A stretch of DNA of 64,000 bases from Neoconidiobolus thromboides FSU 785 (lineage: Eukaryota > Fungi > Entomophthoromycota), in contig MU626314.1 of assembly GCA_025603075.1 (NCBI GenBank), forward strand, positions 1-64,000, read 5' to 3'. The number at the start of each line of letters is the position of its first letter. Position 1 is the first letter of the stretch. Shown one piece after another: positions 37,631-50,700 of this stretch. The notes under the pieces were generated by a model. The model was not told the DNA's origin. It saw only the letters and a program-made list of their open reading frames with translations, and searched no databases. A program made the position numbers and the translations under genes.

Positions 37631-40144
37631 CTAAAGATAAGTCACTTTTGGATAAGTATTTCCTTCCATAAAATTTAAATGAGTATGGAAGGTGGGCCAG
37701 TTAAAATTAGTCACATTGTTGGTTGTTAAAATTAATTCAGGATGGTTTTGAGTTATAAATATTAATGTGATACCAAAATTAGATAATAAATTTAATATCT
37801 TGGATTCACTTTGATGGTCTATAAAAGCTGTGGATTCATCCAAAACTATTCAAATTATTAAAAATTAGAGATAACTAAATTAATAATAGAATTACCTGCA
37901 AAAATAGGTTTATGATAAAATAATCGAAGCAATACTAACTTCTGTTGTTGCCCAGGTGTAAGTAAAGTATACCATTGATCAGAGGTATAATAAGAATCTA
38001 ATCCATTTAATTTATTTACAATATCACTTAAGCCAACTTGATTTAATAACTCGTATACTCTATTATCATCTATATTGTTATTATATTAATATAAATTATT
38101 ATTATTATTAAAAATGTAAAATTACTTAGAGCTAAATTGATGTCATCATTTTGGTCTGGGTATATTATTTGATCTCTTAAAGTGCCATGTACAAAATGAG
38201 GCTTTGCTGGCATAAATAGTATTAACTTATCAAAAGTAATATTTAATGGCCATTTGATTTTGCCTAAAAATTTAGTCTTATAGTTGTTAAATACTAGCCA
38301 TTAAATCCAATTACCTGAGGCAGGCTTCCATAGTCCTGCTAATAACTTAACAAATGATGATTTTCCTGAACCTGAAATAAAATATTTAGCTTTATAATGT
38401 GACAAACATGATATTATTTAATTTACCATTGCTACCAGTAATTAAAACATGCTCCATTTGGCGTATGCAAATAGACAAATCTATTACATTCGTTAAAGTA
38501 GTTTATTTTATAAATAATTATTACCTTTAAATAGTAAAGTTCCCTTTGGTGATACACATCGGATATTATCTAATAATATTGAAATGGGTTCACTTATACT
38601 GATAATAAGAATGAATTTAGTATAATTTATTTACAATATTCAAATAAGTTACTTATGATTTTGATTTGTTACTACATCATCACAATTATTTTCAATGACT
38701 TCTAGAGTTTCTAATAATTGACAAATACGTGTAGTATAACCAACAATATCCGAAATAGGAGTTGATTGTTGTATAAGCAAAGTAAATTGATATACTAATG
38801 CCATGGAAATGAAAGCTACCTAAATTTATTATTAGTTTAAAATAAAATAATTCAAACAAATCATTACCAAGCTAATAATGCCACTCAACTCGGCTGGATC
38901 TGTGTTTTTATAAACACCAGAAAATATAGGTATTGCAACAACTAAGTAAGTAATTATGGAACCAAAATAAGAGAAAAATTGTTCATTTACTAAATAATAA
39001 ATAAATATGATAAGTTGTTTGAACAAATAAAGCTTACAATAAATAAAAAAACCCCTATTAATTCTTTCTTTTTGATATCTTAATAATTCATTAAACGTAT
39101 TGGTTATCTCTATCCCTTCTCTTAACTCCCCATTTAATAAAGAAATTTCTTGATGTTGTTTAAGTACATGAATATGATCCGAACTATAAATGTAAACAAA
39201 TGAAAACAAATGGAATAACGTAAATTACCGAAATTGACCTTCATATTTTTCAGTCATAAAAATAAGCTTAGATACTTTACTCATTAGCACTTTACTTATA
39301 AAAGTAGAAAAAACAAAGTAAGCATAAATAGTTAAAGGACCATAATAACCAGCATATTGATATAATCTGTAGGTATAATAGCAGATCAAAAATGGAGATA
39401 AAATAATTACAATTAAAGATTTGCCGAATTTGGTTGTTAATTTATCAATGTCTTGCGCAATTCTTTGATCCCTATAAAATGCTATTAGATGGAACAAAAT
39501 TGAATTTAACCAATTTTTACGGATTATCGATTGTTTTATCGCTTGTTATTTTAAAAAATAAATCTTTTCGAAAATATTTGATTTGAACTTGTTGTGTCAT
39601 ATTCTTTCTTAATACCCATGCTATATACCCTTGAAAATAAAGCAAAATCGACATCAACTAAAAATAAGTAAAAAAGCACATTAGTTAAATAGCTCAACTA
39701 AAAAACAATACATAAAGCTACCAAAGCGGTTAAAAAAATAATCATCATAGCTTTTAAAGCCAACCGATTAAACCCAATAAGATCTTGCTTATTTAGTACT
39801 ACATAAAACTTGCTGGTAAGCAAGCCTGAATAATAGCCTGCTACTTCTTTTAAAGTAGCAATAATCAAAAGAATAGTGGTATTAATTAAAAACGTACGAG
39901 TACCACCGCTTCCTAGTTTTAATAGTCTGTAAAACCTTCTAAAAAACTTTTGGTTCAAGGCAATTTCGGATAAAACTTTGGTTTCCATACTAAAATAAAG
40001 GGTTGGTCTTCTATTTATAATAAAATAAAATAAATACTTTATTTCATTATCCATTGAATTGCTTCTATTATTTAATCTTTCTCCTTCTAACATTATATAA
40101 TCTGGTGGTCTTTCTAGTATATTAAATGGTTCATAGTTCGACAT
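37631..40144 (-). CDS. ABCD4: ABCD-family half transporter most similar in motifs to ABCD4, multi-exon
   Basis: Walker A GSNGSGKSS; signature region [28 protein letters not shown]; N-terminal [14 protein letters not shown] and [13 protein letters not shown] resemble ABCD4. Confidence 0.75.
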
Positions 40145-40445
40145 GTTTAAAGTTGTCCTTTTTAAAAATTTGGAATATTTTTTATAATCAAATTTACACC
40201 TTAAATTTACACTTATAATTTTTATTGGTAAGTTCAATTGAAAATTAAAAGTACAGTAATTAAAATATAAAATGCAAAGGCTAATTATTTAATCATGGTA
40301 ATAATAAATCAACTTTAAAATAAGATAGTAATATTAAGTTTCAATCTATAAAAATTAATAATAACACCAGAATAAAATTCCACTTAAATAATTTTAAATT
40401 TTATGACTATAATAACTTTAACGAAAATACCAAAATAGCATAAAG

Positions 40446-41426
40446 TTATAGAGAATGGCGCATATCAGTGTTATTGGAGCTAGTTCTCGATGGTAGTTCC
40501 AGTGTATTATTGATTATCTTAGTACAAGTAAAGTAAAGGTATACAGTAACTCCGATAAAGGACACTAATGCAAATACAGCCATAACAATCTTGGTTGGGG
40601 AATAAGTGGCTCCATTATCAAGTAAAGACTTAGCACTAGCACCAAGGTAAACGTGAAATAAAAGTTTGGGTAAAGAAAGTGTAGTTGCTAAAATAAATTT
40701 CGTATATGGAATTTTAGTAGCTCCTAGTACAAAGTTCATAATGGTCCAAGGATATGGCGCTACTCTTACCAAAAATAGTAGCTTTAATTTGTTTAGAATT
40801 ATATCTATTAAATAATAACAAAAATTACTTTTGTACCCTTGATTTCAATTGCTTTCATTGCTGCTTCAATATATGTATAATGTGCCAATAATTTTCTTAT
40901 GTATGTTTGGCCATATTTTCTACTTACGACAAAACAAGACGATGCTCCAATAATTCCTCCTATTAATGGTGGTATAAATCCAATTGGGAAATCATAAACA
41001 AAGCCACACAATACAGATACAGTACCATATCCTGGGATTGGTGGGAAGGATGCTATTATTATTAATACAATAGGAATAAGCATACCACTTTAATAAAAAA
41101 GATGAGTAAATTATAATAAAAATAAAAATCACTTACGCATATCCCAATGTTTTTAAGTAGTTGCCCAAGTCTTGCAAACCATTTAATACTTGCTCATGAA
41201 ATAAAATAAACATTAAAACAATGAATGCATTAATTAAAACAAAGATTAAAATTGGAAATATTGATGACCAGTTTTCATAAACATAAAACTTTAAATAATC
41301 AAAACTAATCTCAAACTCTTTTTTCTTTCTAGGCTGAAACTCAATTTCGTTTTGATCGTCGTCTTCCACATTTAAACTTGTATATTGATTATTAATATCA
41401 CGCATCCTTATTGAGTTGTGATTCAT
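40446..41426 (-). CDS. TVP38: TVP38/TMEM64 SNARE-associated Golgi (DedA-family) membrane protein, 3 exons
   Basis: SFPPIPGYG..CGFVY..GGIIGASSCF; VRVAPYPWTIMN; SLPKLLFHVYLG. Confidence 0.85.
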
Positions 41427-41661
41427 TTTTAAGTTCTAATTTCTATATAAAATCCTGCTGATTTTGTTATTTTTAGTATTTATTGGTTCGTTTTTAGACA
41501 CCCTTTCATTTTAATTTATGTTACTAATTTAATTTAAATCCTCCAATAAATTTGTTAGTTATTATTAAGATCAATTGGAGTGATTCGTTATATTCTAGTG
41601 ACCAATAAATTTTCGTTGTTTTTGGCTTAATAAATTATCATTGTTCTTTAAACCGTATAAG

Positions 41662-42105
41662 ATGATATCAAAAGATGAAGAGTATATGGAATTAGCCATT
41701 AAGCAAGCAAACAAATGCAAACCAGTAGATGGAGCATATAGTGTTGGAGCAGTTTTAGTTAATGATGGTGGAATAATAAGTCAAGGATACTCCCGAGAAA
41801 TAGAAGGAAACACGCATGCTGAAGAATGTTGCTTTTTAAAACTAAATGATCAACAAATTAATTATAATCAATGTACTATTTATACCACTATGGAGCCCTG
41901 TTCAGAAAGATTATCAGGTAAAAAACCTTGTTTGAATTGGATTTTAGAGAAGGGTGTTAAGAGAGTAGTTTGTGGCATTAAAGAACCCGATAACTTCGTA
42001 AATTGCAACTCTACAAACTTGCTTTTAGATAACAACATCACTGTAATATACCTTGATGGATTTCAAGATTTATGCTTACAACCTAATTCTCATTTAATAA
42101 AATAG
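41662..42105 (+). CDS. Stand-alone zinc-dependent deaminase of the Rib2/RibD type (riboflavin pathway, probable)
   Basis: YSVGAVLV, GYSREIEGNTHAEEC and TTMEPCSERLSGKKPC match the HAE/PCxxC fold and the Rib2 C-terminal domain; first ATG at 41662. Confidence 0.85.
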   Translation: MISKDEEYMELAIKQANKCKPVDGAYSVGAVLVNDGGIISQGYSREIEGNTHAEECCFLKLNDQQINYNQCTIYTTMEPCSERLSGKKPCLNWILEKGVKRVVCGIKEPDNFVNCNSTNLLLDNNITVIYLDGFQDLCLQPNSHLIK

Positions 42106-42269
42106 TTTTTAAGTTTAGTGCTAATGATCTAAAGCAAATTTATATTATATTGTACATCAATAATCAAATTAGAAAGCAGAATTTGTATAATCAATGCTGA
42201 ATAAAAATAAGAAGATACTTATATTTTTTTATAAAGTACTTTTATTTTATACTGTATTTTCATTATAGT

Positions 42270-43194
42270 TTAAAGTATTGAGTTGTTAATATCTTCAAAT
42301 ACATGTTTAGCCCAACCCCTCCATTAGTTTGCTATAGGAAAACTTTTTGGCTTTTCTTTTATGATTTTTATGTTGATTAGTGAATCATAATTAAAACCTA
42401 GAACAGCTAAATGTAGCAGTTCTTGGATATTTACAGTTAAGTTTCCTTCTTTATTCTTTACTGGTGGAAACTTTGTGATAGGGCGTATATCCCATGGCAG
42501 AGGCTTGTTACGCAATACTCTAACTGTGTTTAGTGGACCTAGACATTGTTTGTCTCCCTTATAGTGATAAAGACATAATTCGCTATATGAACCCATACAT
42601 ACCATAATATTTCAATCGTTAACATATTTTATAGTGTGATAATATTATTTTTGAACTATAAGTTTAATCCACTGATGTTCGATTTTATTCAACGGAAAGG
42701 ATATCGATACTACATTTTCCTCTAATTTATCAAAGCCAATTTTTATTTTTAGTATAGAGGCTAGAAACTCTGGAGTGGAATCTAGTTTGCCTTCGCTGTT
42801 TTTTAAAGTGGATTTTGCGCGAATTAAGAGTAAAAAATAAACATAAAGTATGTATTTGTTGGTTTACTCTCGTTTTGTAAGATTAGGTTTAATACCTCCC
42901 TCTTTAAACTTGATAGCTGAACATCTGTTCCCTAGTAATGAAAAATAGGCTTGAGTATCAAAATTTCTATTTAACTCATTCAATCCATCTTCCATATTAA
43001 AGAACCTATCCTTATATTTACTTTGATATGTAACTATTTTAATGTCACTTTTATGCAATTTCTCTTTCCTAGACCCAGGGGATATACTCTTTAATCAGAG
43101 TGGTCGTTTTTTTGGGAGATGTCATAGCCTAATTTTTAAACATATTTTTCGTTTCAGCTAAAACCCTGCCTACTGAATCTTCATCCATGCTCAT
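42270..43194 (-). pseudogene. Decayed gene of unrecognised family
   Basis: Track ORFs 42864-43058 and 42324-42605 share one frame; about 260 codons carry only 4 internal stops; a frameshifted ATG segment lies at 43194. Confidence 0.6.
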
Positions 43195-43485
43195 TTGATT
43201 ATCTAAAAGTATCTTTTATGTTAACTCAGTCTCTCAAAATTGGTTTTAGTGAATCGTAAAGCAAGGACATTAATATTTTTATCTCATTTTTTGAAAACTT
43301 GTATAGAGCTTATTTGATTGATAAAAGTAGTATAAATAAAGAGTAAGAGAGATACCATTATTAAATCATATGTAGTTATTTTTTTTTATTACTTATCAGT
43401 TCGACAAAAAAATATAATTGGTTAAAATGAAACTTAATTTTGTAGAAGTTTACTTTTTTAAAATTTTTATTAGCAATATTTTAAA

Positions 43486-44052
43486 ATGAGTGAAGAAAAG
43501 TACCCAATTATGGCTACAAAGCCTAATAAAGATAAATCATTGTTAGATTTATTATCTGAAACTCCTTATCCTGCCTTTATTACCTCAGCTGCTTTATTGG
43601 CTTCCTATAGATGGGGTTCAACCAGAGATAGAATATTAATTAAAGGGATGCCAACCAAGTTTTCTATGATTTCTTTTGCTTTTATATATGCTGGCTCTGG
43701 GTAAGTTTTGCTTCTTTTTATTATTTAAAAATGAAGCTATATTATATATGCCAGTTATTGAATCTTTGAAATGATATACTGATTTGAGAATATATAGATA
43801 CGCTTGCATAAAAGGAGATGTATTCAATTCAACTGGGATAGCTACAGGTAAATTTAATATCATTGGAGCACCTAAACTTATTGATAATATTAATCTTTTT
43901 CAGCATGGAGTATATCTTATGGTTTATTAAATTTCGGTAAAGCATTTTCAAGCCCACGTCATCCACTACCTTTAGGATTAGCTTGTACAGTAGCTGCACA
44001 AGGAATAATTTATGGTCAACGTTATTTTAGAGATTATTTGGGATTAGAATAA
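43486..44052 (+). CDS. AIM19: AIM19-like small mitochondrial membrane protein, 3 exons
   Basis: SETPYPA, then spliced GYACIKGDVFNSTGIATAWSISY and PLPLGLA..GIIYG. Confidence 0.7.
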
Positions 44053-44294
44053 TAGTTTTATATTGTTATAAACAGTAAATTTTATTTATTTTTCTTTCAA
44101 TATATGTATATGGCTTTATCTTTAAGTTAATTTTATTTTTATCTATTGTAAATGTACTTTTAACGAAATAATAGCTTTGTAATAATAATTTTAGTCAAAT
44201 TATTATTTTTTAATGACACAAAATAAGACAATTTTTTGATTAATAAAAGTGGTTAAATTTTTACTTATATAACTAAAATATAGAAATAATAAGT

Positions 44295-45016
44295 TTATGA
44301 AAGATAAGCAGCAAGAGCAGCAGCAAAACCAGCAACATCTACTGAAGTAGGGTTGAAAGGAGATTGATCTAAGGAGTAATGGGTGGCCATATAAGTATAG
44401 CAAATCATTGAGAAAGTATGAACAGAGAGTTCATATTTTTCTTTTTTGGCTACACTCTTCAATTCAAACTCCTCTTCTTTTTCCATTTTAATTAATTTTT
44501 GATATTTGATGATAATATTATATAGCTCTACTAAGTTATAAATTAACCATGCTCTACAAGAATATTTTGCCGATAGCATTATAGTTTTTGGACTGACGGG
44601 TAATACTGAGTGAGAGCCTAACCAATAAATATGTTCCAAAGGATAATAAAACAACATGGATACTAATTGTAGTTTCATGGGTAATGTGACATGAGTATTA
44701 TTTGTTAAGGCGCCTTGTAAAGATTTAGCAATTAAAGGTAAACTTCCTCGGAAACGGAATAAAGTACGACTATCACTTATGATTCTAGCTAAGTTCATTA
44801 ATCCAGTTAAATTGGTCATACTTTTTTCACCTACATTGTTCCTAGATTTTAATAAAATTACCATCTTGGTGGAATATTGAATCAACTAAAATAAAAAATA
44901 TTAAACTTTAGTTTATAATTAAATTAAAAAATGAGTACGGCCAAAGCTTTGTCAAATCCTCCAACAGTGTTGAATGCAGCAGTGGCATGGTTTAAGCTAT
45001 CAATTGTATTTTCCAT
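44295..45016 (-). CDS. PEX11: Peroxisomal biogenesis factor 11 family, 2 exons
   Basis: TVGGFDKALA / LIQYSTK; ISDSRTLFRFRGSLP; YYPLEHIYWLGSH; SCRAWLIY. Confidence 0.85.
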
Positions 45017-46562
45017 TTTGATTTTCGGTACTGAATAATTATTTTTCAAAGATGATTTTTGCTTTTTTTATAGTTCCAAAAGGTGTTTTTATATCACATG
45101 ACAGTAACCAAAAGCTAATTGGTGTTAAAGTAATTTGGAGGATCTAATTGCACTTTGTATGGCTACCTATTATAATCATTTATGTTTCTTGTTTTTATCC
45201 CTCATTTATTTAGTTTACGTACTCACAATGATCTTACTTTAACATCTATTGGTACAATTTCAAGGGAGTGTTGACAAACAGCCTTGGTTATTAACTGCAA
45301 TATTAATTTTAACTATTGCTATTTTAATCTATTTTTGAAATATGCATGGATTGAATTTACAGTGATTAAAGATTTTGTCAGTCTAAAAAGTTTGTTATTT
45401 TATGAATAATAAATCAATTAAATGTTGAATACTAAAGGCTTTTATAAGCACATTGTAGTTTTTCATTTTTAATTTCAATATGTCAAAGTTGTGTATACTT
45501 CATTAACAAGTATGAGTTTTATTCTGAATAAAATCTTACTGTTAGTAAGGATATTTCTCCTCTTCTATGAAGACATAAATAATTATACTATCTTAAAGAA
45601 ATATGCTTTTTTATTTTAAGAATGGGAGAAAGTCTAAAGCATTAATTTTACTTATGTTATCTTCCTGGAAATAGCATATAACATACATAAATTTGCAAAA
45701 TTTTAAGCTATGTTTTTGTAAAAGGATTTTATCAAACACTACTTATAAAAGATAGGAGAAATATATTTAAAGTGTATGACAAGGCTTAAAAAAGGTAAAC
45801 TTCCCAACTTACTAACAAACTTTACAAATATATAAGCATTACTAGCAGCTTGGGCACATATCGGTATTTCGAGCTTTTATGTACACCCGAAGCATCTTAT
45901 AATCAATTTTATTGTCATTAACTATTTAACTGACAACTTATTTAGCATTGATTATACAATATAGTTACGTATAAGCATCGCTAAATATTAGTAATGAATC
46001 AAGCTGTTAGATTAGATAAGGTTGAATGTATGCTTATCATTGACGGTGGTTAAAGGTTTCAACTACAATAATTTTTAAATATCTTTTAACTAAACTATGG
46101 AATCAATTTATCAAACAAATTATACAAGCAGGCTCACTATATTATAGTTCAATTTATTAAATAGCGGATAAGTCTATTGATTAAAGATTTTTATTTTTGA
46201 AATTCTATCCAACTTATATATATTTATTAACCTTTTACTAACCCCCATATAGTTAGTAATAAATATTTATTCTTAAATGATTAAGGGAAAGGTTTATTTT
46301 GCATAATAATATATTGGAATTAATTTCCGATAAAATATTTCTACATTTGTCATCAAGCTCAATAGGCTTATTGCTAGAACGCTTAGTAATTTCAATCGTA
46401 ATCCACTTAGTTTATCAAAAAAACAACTTTATTATAATGAGTGTTTAATCTACTAAAATAATTTAAAGGAAATGTGTATTATTTGTATACAATTTAAATG
46501 AAATGCTTAAAATTTTTTTAATTGTCATGATAAAATGTTTATTTACAAGCTTCTAAGTAGTT

Positions 46563-47516
46563 TTAAAGTTTAGCTCTTAGCTGTTCGATTTTCTTATTAA
46601 TATCCTTATTTAAAAACATGTCAAGATTAAAGTTTTTAGAGCCTGGAACAACAGCATATTGATCCATATCAATTCCAGCCTCACGTAGAAGAATTTCATC
46701 AATTATGAAGTTCCCAGTAAAACTATTGTCTTCTTTCGTTAAAATAAGGTGTGCTGAGTCTGCCATGATTTCAGGTTTACGGCTCTTTTCAGGTGCATCA
46801 AAACCCTCAATCATATCAAGTGCTGCCGTCAAAACAGAAGTATATGGCCAAAGCGCATTAACTTTGATGCCATCTCCTTTAAACTCTTCTGACATACCTA
46901 AGACACACATTGACATACCATATCTATTATAATTTAGTTTTTTTCAATAATAAATAATAATTTTTACTTTGCCATGGTATATGGGAGAAAAGAGGAAAAC
47001 CACTTTTCTTCCATGGTTAGTGGAGGCGACATATTCAAAATATGTGGATTTCTACTTTTTTTAAGATGGGGAATGGCATACTAAAAAATAAAAATTTAAT
47101 TTTAATTAAACTTTTAAAATAAAACTTACTTTAGATACTAAATAAGTGCCTCTAGCATTGACTTGATTTAAAAGATCATAACGTTTGGCATCTACTTCTT
47201 CAGTACCTTTCAAATAGATGGCTGAGGCATTATTGACTACAATATCAATCCCACCAAATTCAGCTACCGTTTTGTTTATAGCATTAATAATCTGGTCTTC
47301 AAATCGAATATCGCATACAATAGGTAATGCTTTACCACCAGCTTTTCTAATTTCTTCAGCTGCAGTATAAATAGTTCCAGGTAACTTAGGATGCGGTTCG
47401 GCTGTTTTGGCTAGGATAGCAACGTTAGCACCATCTTTAGCTGCTCGAATAGCTATAGCTAATCCAATTCCTCTTGATGCTCCAGTAATCAATAAATTTT
47501 TTCCTTTTAATGACAT
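46563..47516 (-). CDS. HSDL2: Short-chain dehydrogenase, HSDL2-like (no SCP2 domain), C-terminal PTS1-like AKL, 3 exons
   Basis: ITGASRGIG, AKTAEPHPKLPGTIYTAAEEI, VNNASAI, YTMAK and SRKPEIMADSA. Confidence 0.9.
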
Positions 47517-47791
47517 CTTAATAAGCCGTTATTGGTTTTATTATAAATAATTCAATAGCCAAGTAGAAAATGAAAATTTAAGTTTTTTTTCGAGCTTAGA
47601 AAGATTAATGATGTAAGCATATACTGTAGAATATTTTGCAATGCTAGTTAAGCTAAATTAAGAATTGCCCAATAGAAAAAACTAAGTACAATTTTTTTTA
47701 AAAACTACTCAATTATTTTTTGTTTAAAAGTTTATCATATTAAAATAAATAAATAAATATTGTTGAGAAATAGCAATCAAAATAATTTAAT

Positions 47792-50700
47792 ATGGATACG
47801 GAAACTTCGCAGATCCAATTACATCAACAACTTGATGTCCCAGAGTCTGTAATTACAAATTTAACAAAGAAAAGTAAAAGAGATAAAGATGTGAACCAGC
47901 TCCTTGTAGCTCTTGAAAGCTTTTTTACTGAGAATTCTCTTACCAAAACTAAAGACGAGATCAAAAGACTCAATGAGCAAATAGCCCAGAAGGATATCGA
48001 TTATGGTAGGAATGTTAAAAAAAATAGATTATGGTTTTAATTATATTTGTATAGAACAGGAAATTCAAGATTATCTAACAAAGCTTAAATCTTCGGAAGA
48101 AGAGAAAAAGAAAGTTATTAAGGAAAGTAAAAAGACAGAAAAGAGCTTGAAAGACAAAGGTACTATTTTAAAAAAATCAATTTATCATTCTAACATGTAT
48201 TATCAGTTAAAGAAAACGAAAGTTTAAAAAAGGATTTGGCTGAGGCAAGAGATCAATTGAATTCTATGGTTGAAGAGAAAACGAAGAATCAAGAGCAAAC
48301 TTCGAAATTCAAAGAAGAAAGAGAAAACTTAATCTCTTCACTCGAAGCAAAAGTCCTTGAATTAGAATTAATTAGAAGTAAGTCACATATCACTTAAAAT
48401 ACAAAATATTTATTATTGTAGGTATGTCAGGCAACTCTGAGAAAGATCTGTCTGAAACTAGACAGGAGCTTTCAAAGCAATCCATCATAGCTAATGAGCT
48501 ACGTTCGAGAGTAAATACTTTGGAGGTACTTTATATTCCATTAAAAAACTGGGCAACTAATTAAATGTTTAAAGAATGAAAACCTTGTTTTAGGGCAAAA
48601 CTTAGAAAGCTTTAAGGAACAAACGGATTTCGTACAAAAAGAGTTAGATGAGAAGGTGAAGGAGTTTTCGAATTACAGAATAACAAAGGTAATACAAAAG
48701 AAATGTTTTTCATAATTCTCTAATATTTAATTTTAGTCAACTGAATTATCTAAACTCCAACGAGAAAACGAAAAACTCCAAAGTGAAAGTATTATTTCAA
48801 ATTCAAAGATTGAATCGTTCACTTTACAGGTTAATAGCTTAACAAATGAACTTAAATCTAATGAAGAAAAGAACGTGGAATTAAAGAAGTTGCTCACTGA
48901 AAAAGAGAATGCATTTCAAAAAGAATTGGATGCTAATTCAAGACTTTTAGCTTTGAACAAAGAGAGTATGAATATTTCAAACGAAAGAATTCAAGGATTA
49001 GAAAATGAGATTGAGGAAATTCGAAGTACATTAGCAAATGAACGTGCTGAAAAATCTAATCTAGAACAAAAATATCAACAAAATGACATTAACCTCAATG
49101 AAAAGATTCAATCGTTAGAGAAGGAGCTCGAATCTTATAAAAGTGGTCAGTTTATCCCAGAAAATACTGAAAAATTAATATTATCTGATTCAACCAAGTT
49201 AGTTTTTAGCGCACACAAAACTGGGAAAAGCTTTACAGAAATATATTCAGAGTACATTGAGCTAGAAAAAAAGTTAAATGCAGAAAGAAATAACAGCAAA
49301 AGGTTAAAAGAGATGGTCGATGCCCTTATTAAAGAAATTGAAACAAGTGCGCCATATTTCGAAAAACAAAGGTTAGATTATGATAGAATTGTCAAAGAAG
49401 CCGAGGTTCTCTCAAGCCAACTCAATCAAGCTTTAAAGTCCAAAGAGAATTTATCAATAGACTTTAAAAAAGCTACTGCAAAAGTCGATGAATACAAAAG
49501 ATCCAGTGAGCTCCTTGAGAAAGAAGCAGATACTTTAGCGATTAAAGTTAAGGCATTGTCAATGGAGAACAAGCTATTAAAGAAAAAAGCTTCCTCAACT
49601 GAAAATCAAGACGAGAATCAACTTAATGAGAATGACACTCCTCAAGATCACGAAGAAGTTATTGAATTTACTGAGAAGGATAGGAAAGCAATCCAAGAAT
49701 TTGCAACGAAAATAGATCAAGATGAAAGGATCCTTAAAGAGCAAATCGAGTCACTTGAGAATGCATTCAATGAGAAGAAACTTGAGCTTGTAGAGGACTT
49801 AAAATTAGTTATTAAGCAGCAAGAGGAGAACCTAAAAGTTGCTCGATCTGAAATTGAAATCCTTCAAAAGGCTTCTCAAAATGTTGCAGTTGCTCCAATT
49901 CAAAATACCCAAGCACCGCCATCTTATGAACATATCCAAAACATTGAATCAGAAGAACAAGTTAAAAAATTAAGAAATGAATTGGATTTATTGAGGATAG
50001 AATCACATAAGAATTTTTCCTCTTTACTTAAAAACAATCAAAAACTAAAAGATGAACTTTCTGGAAAGGTGCAAGATTTAATTCATCTTCAAGCACAATT
50101 TAATTTTTCTGAAAGTAAATTAAATTCTTATTTCTATGCTTTTAATAATAATTTATTAAGGTCGATACTCCCTATTAAATCAAAGTTACGGATCTATTCA
50201 AAATGAATTAAAAGAATTGAGAGAAAGAAATAATACTTTAGAAATTAAACTTAATGAAAAAGACAAAATGTATATTCAGGTAAGACAATCAAAATAACAA
50301 AACTTTGATCTAATTTTTTTATAGATCTTAGAAGAATCTAATGACATTAAAGGCCAAAAAGATAAGAATGAAATTATTTTGTCTGGAATTAAGAGAGAAC
50401 TTGAGTTGACCAAGGTTTGATCCTACTTTTGGCTATACTTATAAAGTTACTAATATTATATTAGAATAACACTGAAAGAATGGAGCTAGAAATCAAAACC
50501 CTTAACAATGATAAATCGCAAATAAACGATAGGGTAATTAGACTTCAACTCCAATTAGAAGAAGCCTTCAAACGCGAGTCAATAATTTTAACTCAAAAAG
50601 AGGGAATGATTACTTCTTTAAAAGAGGAAATGTAAGTAAATATCTATATTTAATCAAGTTGTCTAAAGTTTCATAGTGAGCGTGTTAAAAATTCACTTGA

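Noticed and set aside
42270-43194. Alternative genetic code to explain the in-frame stops
   Set aside because: It would need both TAA and TGA recoded, there is also a frameshift, and neighbouring genes use TAA, TAG and TGA as normal stops.
45780-45900. Minus-strand CPSC..CKVC Cys pattern
   Set aside because: Interrupted by several stops and too short to assign.
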